A stretch of 64,000 nt of DNA, from the NCBI GenBank assembly GCA_039802605.1, contig JBDRWW010000005.1, positions 32,001 to 96,000 of the forward strand, given 5' to 3'. The position numbers and the translations under genes were made by a program. This document shows positions 10,528-20,349 of this stretch, one piece after another. Numbering within the stretch: the stretch's first letter is position 1; each line of letters opens with the position of its first letter. Below the pieces are notes generated by a model. That model saw nothing but the letters and a program-made list of their open reading frames with translations, searched no databases and was not told where the DNA came from. The DNA is from a candidate division WOR-3 bacterium (GTDB taxonomy: Bacteria > Hydrothermota > Hydrothermia > LBFQ01).

Positions 10528-11804
10528 GGGGAATAATCAAAGTGGCCCCCCTATGGGGGGCCGTCTTTTTCTCCTGTTTTGGTCCCAATTTTGGTGCCTA
10601 TTTCAATACATATTACAACATAGATCGTATAGTTAAAAGGATTGAAAGGCTTGAATCCTTGGGCGATACATTATTGGCAAAACCATTATACGATTCCCTT
10701 GAAACAAAATGCGCATACCTTATAAAATACTATCCCAATTCCAAATACCTACCGGATGCCGTTTTCTATTTGGGCTTAGCCTTTTCAAGAAAGGGACAAT
10801 ACGAAAAGGCCATACAGAAGTTTAGGGAGTTTTTGGAATTTTTCCCAAACCACCCTTTAAGTAATAGGGCAAAATTAGAATTGGGAAGGGTTTACGCCCT
10901 TGACCCGAGGTATACGGATTTGTCTATAAGCGTTTTGAAAGATGTAAAAAGCGATGAGGCGTATTATTGGATGGCTTATTCCTACTATCAAATCGGCGAT
11001 TACAATTCGGCCCAAGTGTATTTTGAAAAGTTAAACATAAAAGAAAAGCCTAATAAGGCAAAGAGGTATATACCTTTGGGCTTGGACATATACATTAAGG
11101 CAAACAAAGCGGATAGGGCCCAGGAACTGTTAAAAATTTATCTATCCTTAAACTTACTGCCTTCCGAAAAGAAGTTAGCAGAGGAGAAAAAGGGGGATAT
11201 ACTTTTTAGCACCAACAGGATAAAGGAGGCAATTGAAGTTTATAACTCCTTAGATTATCCGCCTAGGGGTTCGGATGACGGTAGGTTAAAGTTTAAGTTG
11301 GGTAAGGCGTATATGCTATTAGGGGATACATCAAAGGCCTTGGAAAATTACGAGATATGCTATTCATCTTCTGCTTATGAAAAGTGGGAGTGTGGATACG
11401 AGGCGGCGGGGATATATATACTAAAAGGGGATTACGATAAGGCCGCGAGGTTTTATGACGGTATATACACACAGGGTGGGGGTGAATGGAGATCAAAAGC
11501 CTTTATAAAAAAGTTGGTTTTGGATGAATGGAGGCATTTAAAGGGCAAGGATGACCCAAAATCCACTTATAGAAAGGCGGAAATTTACTATTTTCACCTG
11601 AACAGTACGGATACGGCAATGGCCATTTGGAAAAACTTATCAAAATCTTCGGATAAAGAGATCTCCATAAAAAGCGCGTTGGCGTTAATTTACGCGTATT
11701 CCCAAAAAGGCGAAAAGGATTCGGCGGAAAATGTATATCGTACGATAAGGCATGAGGTTAAGGATACTTTTCTTATTAATTGGATTCGCTCTATCATACA
11801 TTAG
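10524..11804 (+). CDS. TPR-repeat lipoprotein
   Basis: Lipobox-like FFSC, AYFNTYYN, multiple TPR repeats (YPNSKYLPDAVFYLG, FPNHPLSNRAKLELG). Confidence 0.8.
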   Translation: MRGIIKVAPLWGAVFFSCFGPNFGAYFNTYYNIDRIVKRIERLESLGDTLLAKPLYDSLETKCAYLIKYYPNSKYLPDAVFYLGLAFSRKGQYEKAIQKFREFLEFFPNHPLSNRAKLELGRVYALDPRYTDLSISVLKDVKSDEAYYWMAYSYYQIGDYNSAQVYFEKLNIKEKPNKAKRYIPLGLDIYIKANKADRAQELLKIYLSLNLLPSEKKLAEEKKGDILFSTNRIKEAIEVYNSLDYPPRGSDDGRLKFKLGKAYMLLGDTSKALENYEICYSSSAYEKWECGYEAAGIYILKGDYDKAARFYDGIYTQGGGEWRSKAFIKKLVLDEWRHLKGKDDPKSTYRKAEIYYFHLNSTDTAMAIWKNLSKSSDKEISIKSALALIYAYSQKGEKDSAENVYRTIRHEVKDTFLINWIRSIIH

Positions 11805-13263
11805 TTGCGTTTCAACCGGTAAAGAAACCGGCAAACTGGAAAGAATGGAGGTTTATAAACCGAACGATGTAAGGGTATTAAAATTAAAGCAAATATTTCC
11901 CAAAGAACCGAGGATAAAGGTGGGTATAGGCAAGGGCAGAATTATAAGGTTAAAAACCCTTGGAGGGTGTTCCCTTAGGGATAGCTCAACCCTTTCGGTG
12001 AATGGAGAATTCCCAACACTAACCTTTAAAGCATTAAAATCCCAAAAACCGGTAATATATCATTGGGTAATTTTAGAGGATTACCTTGACCCCACCTTGG
12101 CAAAGGCTTACCAACTCTCCTTTCCGGATGTTAAAATCCTTAAACTCGGCATATATCCGAGGTATTTTGTGGCGTTGGGGCCTTTTGAGGATTTTAAAGA
12201 AGCGTTAAGGTTTAAACATCCAAACAAAAAAGCCGTTTTTTCCATTTTAGAAAAACCATCGTCCGGCGAGATTTATGTTGAAGAATTGGATAAGGTGTTA
12301 AAATCTCCCGTGTATATAAGTTGTGCCGGATACTTCTCATACAAGGGTAATAGGTATAAAGGCGATATGATTATTATGACGGATTACGAAAATGGTTTAG
12401 TGTTGATAAACGATATAGACATAGAGGATTATTTAAGGGGTGTTATACCTTGGGAAATATCACCCTCTTATCCGGAAGAGGCATTAAAGGCCCAGGCCGT
12501 AGCCGCAAGGACACACGCGGTTGATGTCGCTGGAATAAAATGGTATCTCTTGAAAGAACCTTATGATATTACCGACGATTTTACAACACAGGTTTATAAA
12601 GGATTTACGGACTATGCAATAATTGACAGCGTTATAAATGAAACCAAAGGTATAGTTATGATGAACGGTGAAAGGTTTTCAATAGCAACATTTTTTACGA
12701 ATTGTGGGGGGGTTTTGGAAAGCGGTAGGGAATGGGGGGATAGTTTAATAAGGCCGAAAACGGATGCATTTATTGATATGAAACCCTCTTTAAGTCTTTT
12801 AAAGGTTAAAAGCGATACGAATTTTGCATGCTCACCGTCCAAGGATTTACCGAGAATTTTAAAGGTAGGCGCGGAAAGCTTTCGCTGGGAAAAAAAAGTA
12901 TCATTGACGGAAATTTCGGAAAGTATTAAAAAGAACTTTGGAGTTGATGTCGGAAGGATAAAAAGTTTAGAAGTGTTAATGAGGAGTGAAACGGGAAGGG
13001 TTAAAGAGGTAAAGGTAGTTGGGAGTAAGAATTCCTTTGTTGTCCGTGGGGATTGGAATATTAGGGTTGCACTCGGAAACTTAAAGTCATCGTATTTTAC
13101 ATTCAAGCGAAAGGGGAATTATATTTACTTTTACGGTGGTGGATGGGGGCACGGTATAGGTATGTGCCAGGTGGGGGCGGGGGTTAGGGCTTTAAAGGGT
13201 TGGAATTATGAGGAGATTTTAAAGTTTTATTACGGCAATGTTGAACTCGTAAAGGTGTGGTAA
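11752..13263 (+). CDS. SpoIID/LytB-domain peptidoglycan lytic transglycosylase, probable lipoprotein
   Basis: EDYLRGVIPWEI, EALKAQAVAART, QVYKG, GWGHGIGMCQVGA, EILKFYY; N-terminal ..YISC. Confidence 0.9.
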   Translation: MRLRILFLLIGFALSYISCVSTGKETGKLERMEVYKPNDVRVLKLKQIFPKEPRIKVGIGKGRIIRLKTLGGCSLRDSSTLSVNGEFPTLTFKALKSQKPVIYHWVILEDYLDPTLAKAYQLSFPDVKILKLGIYPRYFVALGPFEDFKEALRFKHPNKKAVFSILEKPSSGEIYVEELDKVLKSPVYISCAGYFSYKGNRYKGDMIIMTDYENGLVLINDIDIEDYLRGVIPWEISPSYPEEALKAQAVAARTHAVDVAGIKWYLLKEPYDITDDFTTQVYKGFTDYAIIDSVINETKGIVMMNGERFSIATFFTNCGGVLESGREWGDSLIRPKTDAFIDMKPSLSLLKVKSDTNFACSPSKDLPRILKVGAESFRWEKKVSLTEISESIKKNFGVDVGRIKSLEVLMRSETGRVKEVKVVGSKNSFVVRGDWNIRVALGNLKSSYFTFKRKGNYIYFYGGGWGHGIGMCQVGAGVRALKGWNYEEILKFYYGNVELVKVW

Positions 13264-13290
13264 GGTTTTCAACCTTAAAATATTTAAACT

Positions 13291-13740
13291 ATGCTAATGG
13301 TTTTTTTTACCCAGGTAAGGGTTGATATAGTGGATGTTATGGGAAACTTTTTAATACTCGGTAAAAGGGAAACCTCTTCGTATGTTATAATGACCATAGG
13401 TGAAAGCGAAGCATTTTCAATAAAAGTTGCCTTGGAAAACATTCCATTTGAGAGGCCGTTATCCCACGACCTTATGAAGAGCATAATAAACCTCTCCGGC
13501 TTTAAGCCCAAAAAGGTGGTTATATACGATGTAAAGAACGGGGCATATCTGGCAAAGATCTATATGGAAAAGGGGGTATTTATATTTAAACAGACCGTTG
13601 TCCTTGACAGTAGGCCTTCGGATGCGGTTGCCTTGGCCCTAAGGTTTAAAATCCCTATATATGTTATGCCCCACCTCTTCATAAACCCCTTAGAAATCAA
13701 ACCCGACACCTTACAAAAACCAAAGGGCATTGAGGGATGA
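13291..13740 (+). CDS. bifunctional nuclease family (DUF151) protein
   Basis: IGESEA, RPLSHDL, DSRPSDAVALALR..PIYV. Confidence 0.88.
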   Translation: MLMVFFTQVRVDIVDVMGNFLILGKRETSSYVIMTIGESEAFSIKVALENIPFERPLSHDLMKSIINLSGFKPKKVVIYDVKNGAYLAKIYMEKGVFIFKQTVVLDSRPSDAVALALRFKIPIYVMPHLFINPLEIKPDTLQKPKGIEG

Positions 13741-14576
13741 TACCTTACGAAGAGGAATTCATAAAGCATTTGATGTCCTTAGGTAGGGGTGAAAAAACCG
13801 TAGAGGCGTATCTCAGGGATATAAAAGCGCTCTCCGAATTTGCCGGGGATTTGGGGAAAGGAATAGACGAATTGGACAAAGGGGATTTCAGATTTTTCAT
13901 ACCTTACCTTCAAAACAAAGGTTTAAATCCAACAACCATTAACAGGAAGATAACCTCTATAAGGGTTTATTTTAAGTTTTTGTTAAAAAGGGGATATATT
14001 AAGAAAGACCCCACAGCTCATATCCAACGACCAAAGAATCCCAAAAGGTTTCCAAGGCCCGTTGATAAGGATAAAATTTTAGGAATTATCCTACTTTGGA
14101 ATCCGGAAAAGGATGAAGAGGTATTGGCAAAGGATATTATAATTTTGCTCTACTCCACCGGGATGAGGATAAGCGAACTCTTATCTTTAAGGGGTAGGGA
14201 CATAAACCTTTCGGATATGTCAATAGTTGTTAAGGGCAAAAGGGGCAAGTTTAGGAAGCTGCCTATTATAAAAGTCGCCTACGATGTGATTATGAAGTAC
14301 ATTAAGGGGCCAGAAGAAAAACTTTTTAACATCAGCAGGTTTAAGGCTTATAGGCTTGTTAAAAGGGCTTTTGAAAAAATCGCCAAGATCAGCGGAGTAC
14401 ATCCGCATACATTAAGGCATTCATTTGCAACCCATCTTTTGGAAAATGGGGCGGATTTAAAGAGCGTTCAAGAGTTGTTGGGACATTCAAATTTAACATC
14501 AACACAAATCTATACGAAAGTTTCTTTAAACCATATAAGGAAGGTGTATAAAAGGGTTTGGGAGGGAGAGGATTAA
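13737..14576 (+). CDS. XerC/XerD-type tyrosine recombinase
   Basis: TVEAYLRD, LYSTGMRISEL, HPHTLRHSFATHLLENGADL..VQELLGH, TQIYT. Confidence 0.9.
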   Translation: MIPYEEEFIKHLMSLGRGEKTVEAYLRDIKALSEFAGDLGKGIDELDKGDFRFFIPYLQNKGLNPTTINRKITSIRVYFKFLLKRGYIKKDPTAHIQRPKNPKRFPRPVDKDKILGIILLWNPEKDEEVLAKDIIILLYSTGMRISELLSLRGRDINLSDMSIVVKGKRGKFRKLPIIKVAYDVIMKYIKGPEEKLFNISRFKAYRLVKRAFEKIAKISGVHPHTLRHSFATHLLENGADLKSVQELLGHSNLTSTQIYTKVSLNHIRKVYKRVWEGED

Positions 14577-14610
14577 AAACCTTTCAACCTTAAAATATCC
14601 GCTTTTCGGT

Positions 14611-14695
14611 GCCGGGGTGGCGGAATTGGCAGACGCGCTGGGTTCAGGACCCAGTGGGTTTTATACCCGTGCGGGTTCAAGTCCCGCCCCCGGCA
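14611..14695 (+). tRNA. tRNA-Leu(CAG), no encoded CCA
   Basis: GCCGGGG/CCCCGGC acceptor stem, anticodon arm CTGGG-TTCAGGA-CCCAG, long variable arm, GGTTCAAGTCC T-arm. Confidence 0.95.
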
Positions 14696-14696
14696 T

Positions 14697-15179
14697 TTGA
14701 GGGAAATATATGGAGGGTTGGAAACGCCTTTCTATGTTTACGACAGGGAAAAGATAGAGGAAAAGTGTAACAAGCTTTTAAACGGTTTTCCGTTTGCAAA
14801 AATCCTTTATTCCGTAAAGGCAAATTCAAATCCCGAAATATTAAAAGTTATTAAAGGGTGTGGGCTTGATTTTGAGGTGGTATACCTAGTTGCAGATGCG
14901 AGGTTTATAATAAAGAGAGATTATCCTTACATCATAAGACCCGCTTTATACGGTGTAAAACATTCCATAAGGGCGTTAAAATCTTCTGTAGGTCCCGTTT
15001 TTGGGGTTTATGAATTGCCAATTATGAGGAAGGAGGATATGGTTGTTATTGAGGAGGCCGGGGCTTATGGTTATAGTATGGCCAGCAATTACAACGGTCG
15101 CCCAAAACCCGCCGAATATATGTTGGAAAACGGCGGGTTAAGGATTATCAGGCCGAGGCAGGATTATAGGGTTTTATAA
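14697..15179 (+). pseudogene. lysA: internally deleted diaminopimelate/ornithine decarboxylase (LysA-like), 160 aa, still in frame
   Basis: TPFYVYD, YSVKAN (PLP Lys), RPALYG and GAYGYSMASNYN retained. Most of the barrel and the CESGD motif are absent. Confidence 0.7.
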
Positions 15180-15195
15180 AAAAGGAGGTAGAGGA

Positions 15196-15624
15196 TTGGA
15201 AAAGTTGGAGCACTCCACCTTGGGGGAGCACTATATAGTGGAAGCCTCGGGTTGCAACCCCGAGGTTATAGGGGATATACAAAAGGTTCAAAAGATTTTG
15301 GTTGAGGCGGCGCAAAGGGCAAGGGTCACCATATGGAATATTTCCTTTCACAGGTTTCCTCCCAATGGGGTGAGCGGTGTTATAGTAATTGCGGAATCAC
15401 ACATATCAATACACACATGGCCCGAGGTGGGGTACGCCGCCATAGACATATATACCTGCGGTGATAACGCCTTACCAGAAGAAGCGGTAAATTATGCCAT
15501 AAAGGAGTTTGGCGCAACGCACGTACATATAACGGAAATTACCCGCGGTATAGACGATGGGGATAGGATTTTCTACCATACAATAGCCACCTGGGAGGAG
15601 GCGACAAAAGAGAAGTTCTTATAA
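15196..15624 (+). CDS. speD: S-adenosylmethionine decarboxylase proenzyme
   Basis: GVSGVIVIAESHISIHTWPE..YAAIDIYTCG; SD AAGGAGG upstream of TTG. Confidence 0.92.
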   Translation: MEKLEHSTLGEHYIVEASGCNPEVIGDIQKVQKILVEAAQRARVTIWNISFHRFPPNGVSGVIVIAESHISIHTWPEVGYAAIDIYTCGDNALPEEAVNYAIKEFGATHVHITEITRGIDDGDRIFYHTIATWEEATKEKFL

Positions 15625-15665
15625 TTATACCCTGTTATAACTGCGTACCGGAACTTATAGAGGTT

Positions 15666-16268
15666 TTGGATGAATGGAAAATTTTGGGTTATGATATTTT
15701 GGTTGTGGATGACGGGTCAGAAAGTGATGTAAGGGAGGTATGTGAGAGATTTGGGGTTTATTATATCAAACTTGAAAAAAACTACGGTAAGGGATATGCC
15801 TTAAAGGAAGGTTTTAAATGGGGAATGCTTAGGGGGTATAACCTCTTTGCCACGGTTGATGGGGATAGGCAGCATAAGGCAGAAAATTTCCAAAAATTTT
15901 TAGAAGCAATAAAATCGTTTGATATTGTAATCGGAAGTAGAAGGGGTGAAATATCCCGTATGGATTTACCGAGGAAGTTATCAAACCGCATAACGAGTTC
16001 CTTTATCTCCATTATGACGGGTAAAAGGATTGAGGATTCCCAATGCGGTTATAGGCTTATAAAAAGGGAGGTTTTGGAGAAGGTTGAACTAAAAAGGAAT
16101 AGATACGACCTAGAATCGGAGCTCTTGGTAAAGGGCATTTGGATGGGTTTCAAGGTGGGTTTTGTCCCCATAAGCGTTGTAAAATCCAAAAAATCCTACA
16201 TAAAACCCCTTAGGGATATATTTTTGGCCATATCCTTAGCTTTGGAGCTGATTTTTTTGAAATCTTAG
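15666..16268 (+). CDS. glycosyltransferase family 2 (DPM synthase-like); true start upstream, overlapping speD
   Basis: VVDDGS, NYGKG, DGDRQH, DSQCGYRL. The in-frame VLIIIPCYN strand lies upstream of the TTG. Confidence 0.85.
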   Translation: MDEWKILGYDILVVDDGSESDVREVCERFGVYYIKLEKNYGKGYALKEGFKWGMLRGYNLFATVDGDRQHKAENFQKFLEAIKSFDIVIGSRRGEISRMDLPRKLSNRITSSFISIMTGKRIEDSQCGYRLIKREVLEKVELKRNRYDLESELLVKGIWMGFKVGFVPISVVKSKKSYIKPLRDIFLAISLALELIFLKS

Positions 16269-16939
16269 CGGGGCCTTAAATATCTCTTTATGTCCATTTT
16301 TTGGGACAACACCGCTATTGTCGTCGGCATGAGCCAAATTATTGATATGTCCGTGGAGGTATATCCGTAAAATAGCCATAAGAAAAACCATATTTCGGAT
16401 ACCGCATATATTCCAAAGGCTATAAACCTTATGGTCCATGCCCTATCGTAAAATGCGGGTGGGAATATGAGTATGGTGTTTAAAATTCCGAGGAACATAT
16501 ACAATATGTTAAAAAATGTGCCAATCCTTGAAACAAAAGCGGGTTCAATTTGGACGGCCAGATAATACGATACAAAGGGTGATAAAAGCAATAGTATAAA
16601 TATCAACATCAAATACACCCTTGACCCCTCATTCCACATATACCAAGCCGAGCCGGTAAAGAACATAAGGTAAGCACCCATATACAATGCATCGGCGATG
16701 TAGTAAAACTCTTGGGGTAATTTAAAGGAATTTATAAGGGAGTATAGGGCAAGGAATAAAAAACCACCAGCCCAGACCCTTTCAAAAACCCTACCCTCAA
16801 CAAAAGTTATAAAGGAAGATATTAGATAAACAAGCGTTCCCATTTGATATACATAGTTTTCGCTTATCTCCCTCATATAAGGTGAAACGGCCATGGCGGT
16901 TATCACAAAAATCACAAATACACCCTTAAAAACCCTCAT
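16265..16939 (-). CDS. multi-pass membrane protein of unknown function
   Basis: About 7-8 hydrophobic segments; ATGA overlap with the upstream gene. Confidence 0.7.
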   Translation of the reverse strand: MRVFKGVFVIFVITAMAVSPYMREISENYVYQMGTLVYLISSFITFVEGRVFERVWAGGFLFLALYSLINSFKLPQEFYYIADALYMGAYLMFFTGSAWYMWNEGSRVYLMLIFILLLLSPFVSYYLAVQIEPAFVSRIGTFFNILYMFLGILNTILIFPPAFYDRAWTIRFIAFGIYAVSEIWFFLWLFYGYTSTDISIIWLMPTTIAVLSQKMDIKRYLRPR

Positions 16940-19900
16940 CTTATTACCACAAACCTTGTAAAGTTTTTCACCTTTTCTTCCCGCGTTTTAGCCTCTACAA
17001 GGGCAACATATATCCCGTTTGAGAGGGAGTTTATCGGAACATTTAAGGAGTTAAAGCCCGGTGGGAGGTTCATAAAATACCGTTCAATGGCCACTTTACC
17101 CGTAGGCGTGTATATCCTTAACCTTACATCGGCGGATTTTGTCAGTTTAAAGGTTATGTAAAAATTACCACCCCTATAAGGGTTTGGGTATGTCAAAAGG
17201 TCAAAAACCCTTAAAGAATCCGAAACGAAGTTTAAATCCCAAATGTTATACCCCCTTATACCTTTTGCGGATGTTATTGATACGCCTATCCTATGGGTTC
17301 CCGGGGATGTGGAAAAATCAAAATCGTAGCTCGCTTCCGCCAAGGTATCGTTTAAAATTTTCACTTCCAAAACATCGGTAAAGGAATTGTCTATTATAAT
17401 TCTTGGGGGTGAAGCGTTGTCCCCACTTGTCCTTATATCAAACCCCTCGTGGCTAATAAATTGAAACCTAAGGGTTGTTTTTGCGGGTAAATTCATCCCG
17501 TTTCTTAAACCCTCATCCTTATAAAAGCCCAAAACCTTAGGCCTTTCCGTTCCGATTGTGGAATCGGCATAAGATATAGGGTATAACCCCGCATAACCCC
17601 TATCCCCCTTCCACCACAAAAGGCTTGCCTTTTGCCAAGCGGATGTATCGGAGGATATATGCCCGCGAAATGGTATCCAAAACCCAATCGTATCCCCTTT
17701 TACATCCCCGTAAAACATAACTGTCCTTTCCGAGTAGTAAGGGTACTTTACGCTTAAACAGGTAAATGAAACCGTATCAATATCCGGTATATCAAGGACC
17801 AAGAATTTACCATCTTCCGGTATTATTGCCGAATTTTTCGCCCCCCTACGCAGAGTATCGGATATTAAAGGCCCAACACTGTCGGGGAATTTAAGCATTA
17901 TCCCGGGATCCCCTAGGAGAACATAATACCTATCGTTTTTACCAACAAGGGAAAGGTATCCCAACGGCGTTTTACCATAAGTGTTCAGATAAGAGTATAT
18001 AGCCCGTGCGTACAAAGCGTTGTTTCCCGCATATGCCAAGGCCGTGGTTGATAAAACCGCTATTCCCCTGTTTTTATGCAACATCATCTCCTCACCCAAT
18101 ACATGCTCGGGGTCCAACCTATCATAAGCCCCCACCTTACAAGACAAAACCGTAATAAACGGTTCTCTACCCCTTGTGTTTAGTTTTGGAACATCGTCTA
18201 AGGTAAATAATCTCTCGTGGGCCATTTGGCTGGGATTTCCGTGTATAAAGAAGCTAACCATCAGGACACCGGAGTTTAAAATCCTTATTAAATCCCTAGT
18301 GGCCTTAGGTTTTGTGTATCCTTCAAGGGGATAATTTTGTAAAAGAAAGGGGATCGTGTTTATCCTTGGGGATAGTTGTGGTCTAACGGTATATAAAACA
18401 TCGTATGTATGGAATATTTCGCAAGATGAAGGGCTATCGCTCTTCTCGTCATCGGCAACCAGCATAATCCTATAACGCCAAAAACCATCGTTTATAAGGC
18501 TTTCGTATTCAATAACCTTGTTTATATATTCCGCAAGTTCCGTGTTATCCCTTACGGGTATTCTCCCAATACCTATATCGGAATAGTAATCGCCATCGAA
18601 ATCACCGTAAAAATCGTCATAAGCACCAAAGTTATCGAGATTAACGGATAAACTGGAATCAATGGGATAATATGGGGGAACTTGCTTTGGGAAGTAATTC
18701 TGGGTAAATCCCTTATAATCGTATGTTCCATCCCCAACGAGAACGGCATATAAAGGTTTGTTTCCACCACTCCTTAAAAAAATGTTATACAAAAAGTTCC
18801 TTATAGCCACGGGATCGGGATTTCCCAAAGAGAACTGGGTATATATGTCTTCAAGGTTTATCCACAAAACGGTACCTACGGAATACTCCCAATTTCTACC
18901 GTTAAAAACCGGTATCCTGTTCCTTCTAAAATTTAGGAGTTTCCAAAATGTCCCGGAAAACCCTTTATTCCCTATTGCCACATAATCGGGGGAGATGTTG
19001 TACAAATCTTGCGACAAATCTATCAACTCAATGGATATAGGTCTCCTCGCAAAGTTTGATAGGTATATCTTAGTCCAACCGTTTGCCGAGTCGTTTATGA
19101 AAAGGTTCCCCGAGGAATAAGTATAACTTTCAATTATTTTGGGATTATACGGGTCTGATACATCCCATACAAACACGGGCCTATTACCCTTTAAATTTAC
19201 CGTAAATTTCCCCGAAGCGTTTATAAAGAAAATGCCCTCATTTCCATAAGAGCCGGTTGATATGTATGAAACCTGATAGTAGTCCAGGTATAGGGTTTGG
19301 GAGCCACCAGAGGGTTTTATAACATAATCAACATTGTTGTTTTCGGACAAATTGGGGATGCAGGTTATGGTACGGTAGTTCCTTGGTAAAACCCCAATGG
19401 AATCGCAAATTTGACCGTTTATTCTTACAACAACGGATGTTATACTATCCGAGAATTCACTATTTGCTATCCTTGTTCTAAATTCAACTCCGGATAAAAC
19501 ATCGTTCAATGCAAAGCCGTATGTATAAACCCTCTCGGGGTCGGATGGGTTTCTCGTCATCTCCCTTCCAACCCAGACCCTCCCCTTTTTTCCGGGGTTG
19601 TTTATGTTCTCCTCAAACCTGTAAAACTTAACGGGTTGGGCATAAGGACCCGGAGATGCGGTTATTATCCCCATTCTTCCACCTACTTCCCCACCAATAC
19701 CCAAAAAATAATAGGTGGTATCGGTATAAGGATTTTCAAAATAGACAACATTCCCGTTTATTATCCTGAAACCCTTTTGAGATTCACCCCAGAAAAGGAC
19801 CCTTCTCCCGGCTTCATCAATCCAAATGGGAACTTCATATTTTTGGGGAAATGCGGAATCCAAGGGCGATTTAAGGGTATCAAGGAGGGCTATCATTTTA

Positions 19901-20349
19901 AGGGTTTGCAACGGATAAGAATTTATGTTTATGCCAAGTTTTTCTATCTCCGAAAATGGGATTTCGTATATTCCGCTTTTTGTTATTTTAACCTTTATCC
20001 AAACTTCGGATTTTGAAAAGGGGTTTTGGGGAGCGCTTTGGGGTCTAAATACCAGGTATTCCACCCATTCCTCTTTGGGATTTAAAACCGAGTTTAAAAT
20101 TATATGAGTCCTAAAATCCTTAATCTTTGAGGGTTTAACCTTTGGCTCGGGGAATACCACTTCAACCTTCCCATCCTTATAGGCCTTTATTTCAACATAC
20201 CTAACCCCAAAGGAATAACCTTCTCTATGTTCGCACTTATTACAAATAACGGTGTAGGAAACCTTTGGCGGAATTTGAACTTTAAAGGTTTCATATGGCT
20301 TACCTTTAAGGGAAACTTCAAATGAGAAGTTTGAAATAATCCATACCAT
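16936..20349 (-). CDS. porU: PorU-like peptidase C25 (gingipain-family) sortase with T9SS CTD
   Basis: KVKITKSGIYEI, NPYTDTTYYFL, DIYTQFS.G.PDPVAIRNFL, LVGDGTYDYK, IGIGRIPV, ADD, catalytic HG (FIHGN) and Cys (LSCKVG), LLGDP; CTD YPNPY...IYTPTGK...NGIY..FVVIR. Confidence 0.85.
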   Translation of the reverse strand: MVWIISNFSFEVSLKGKPYETFKVQIPPKVSYTVICNKCEHREGYSFGVRYVEIKAYKDGKVEVVFPEPKVKPSKIKDFRTHIILNSVLNPKEEWVEYLVFRPQSAPQNPFSKSEVWIKVKITKSGIYEIPFSEIEKLGININSYPLQTLKMIALLDTLKSPLDSAFPQKYEVPIWIDEAGRRVLFWGESQKGFRIINGNVVYFENPYTDTTYYFLGIGGEVGGRMGIITASPGPYAQPVKFYRFEENINNPGKKGRVWVGREMTRNPSDPERVYTYGFALNDVLSGVEFRTRIANSEFSDSITSVVVRINGQICDSIGVLPRNYRTITCIPNLSENNNVDYVIKPSGGSQTLYLDYYQVSYISTGSYGNEGIFFINASGKFTVNLKGNRPVFVWDVSDPYNPKIIESYTYSSGNLFINDSANGWTKIYLSNFARRPISIELIDLSQDLYNISPDYVAIGNKGFSGTFWKLLNFRRNRIPVFNGRNWEYSVGTVLWINLEDIYTQFSLGNPDPVAIRNFLYNIFLRSGGNKPLYAVLVGDGTYDYKGFTQNYFPKQVPPYYPIDSSLSVNLDNFGAYDDFYGDFDGDYYSDIGIGRIPVRDNTELAEYINKVIEYESLINDGFWRYRIMLVADDEKSDSPSSCEIFHTYDVLYTVRPQLSPRINTIPFLLQNYPLEGYTKPKATRDLIRILNSGVLMVSFFIHGNPSQMAHERLFTLDDVPKLNTRGREPFITVLSCKVGAYDRLDPEHVLGEEMMLHKNRGIAVLSTTALAYAGNNALYARAIYSYLNTYGKTPLGYLSLVGKNDRYYVLLGDPGIMLKFPDSVGPLISDTLRRGAKNSAIIPEDGKFLVLDIPDIDTVSFTCLSVKYPYYSERTVMFYGDVKGDTIGFWIPFRGHISSDTSAWQKASLLWWKGDRGYAGLYPISYADSTIGTERPKVLGFYKDEGLRNGMNLPAKTTLRFQFISHEGFDIRTSGDNASPPRIIIDNSFTDVLEVKILNDTLAEASYDFDFSTSPGTHRIGVSITSAKGIRGYNIWDLNFVSDSLRVFDLLTYPNPYRGGNFYITFKLTKSADVRLRIYTPTGKVAIERYFMNLPPGFNSLNVPINSLSNGIYVALVEAKTREEKVKNFTRFVVIR

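Noticed and set aside
13737..14695. Tyrosine recombinase next to tRNA-Leu as an integrative element
   Set aside because: The protein has chromosomal XerC/D motifs and size, is coupled to a housekeeping gene and lies upstream of the tRNA. I saw no duplicated tRNA 3' end or mobile cargo.
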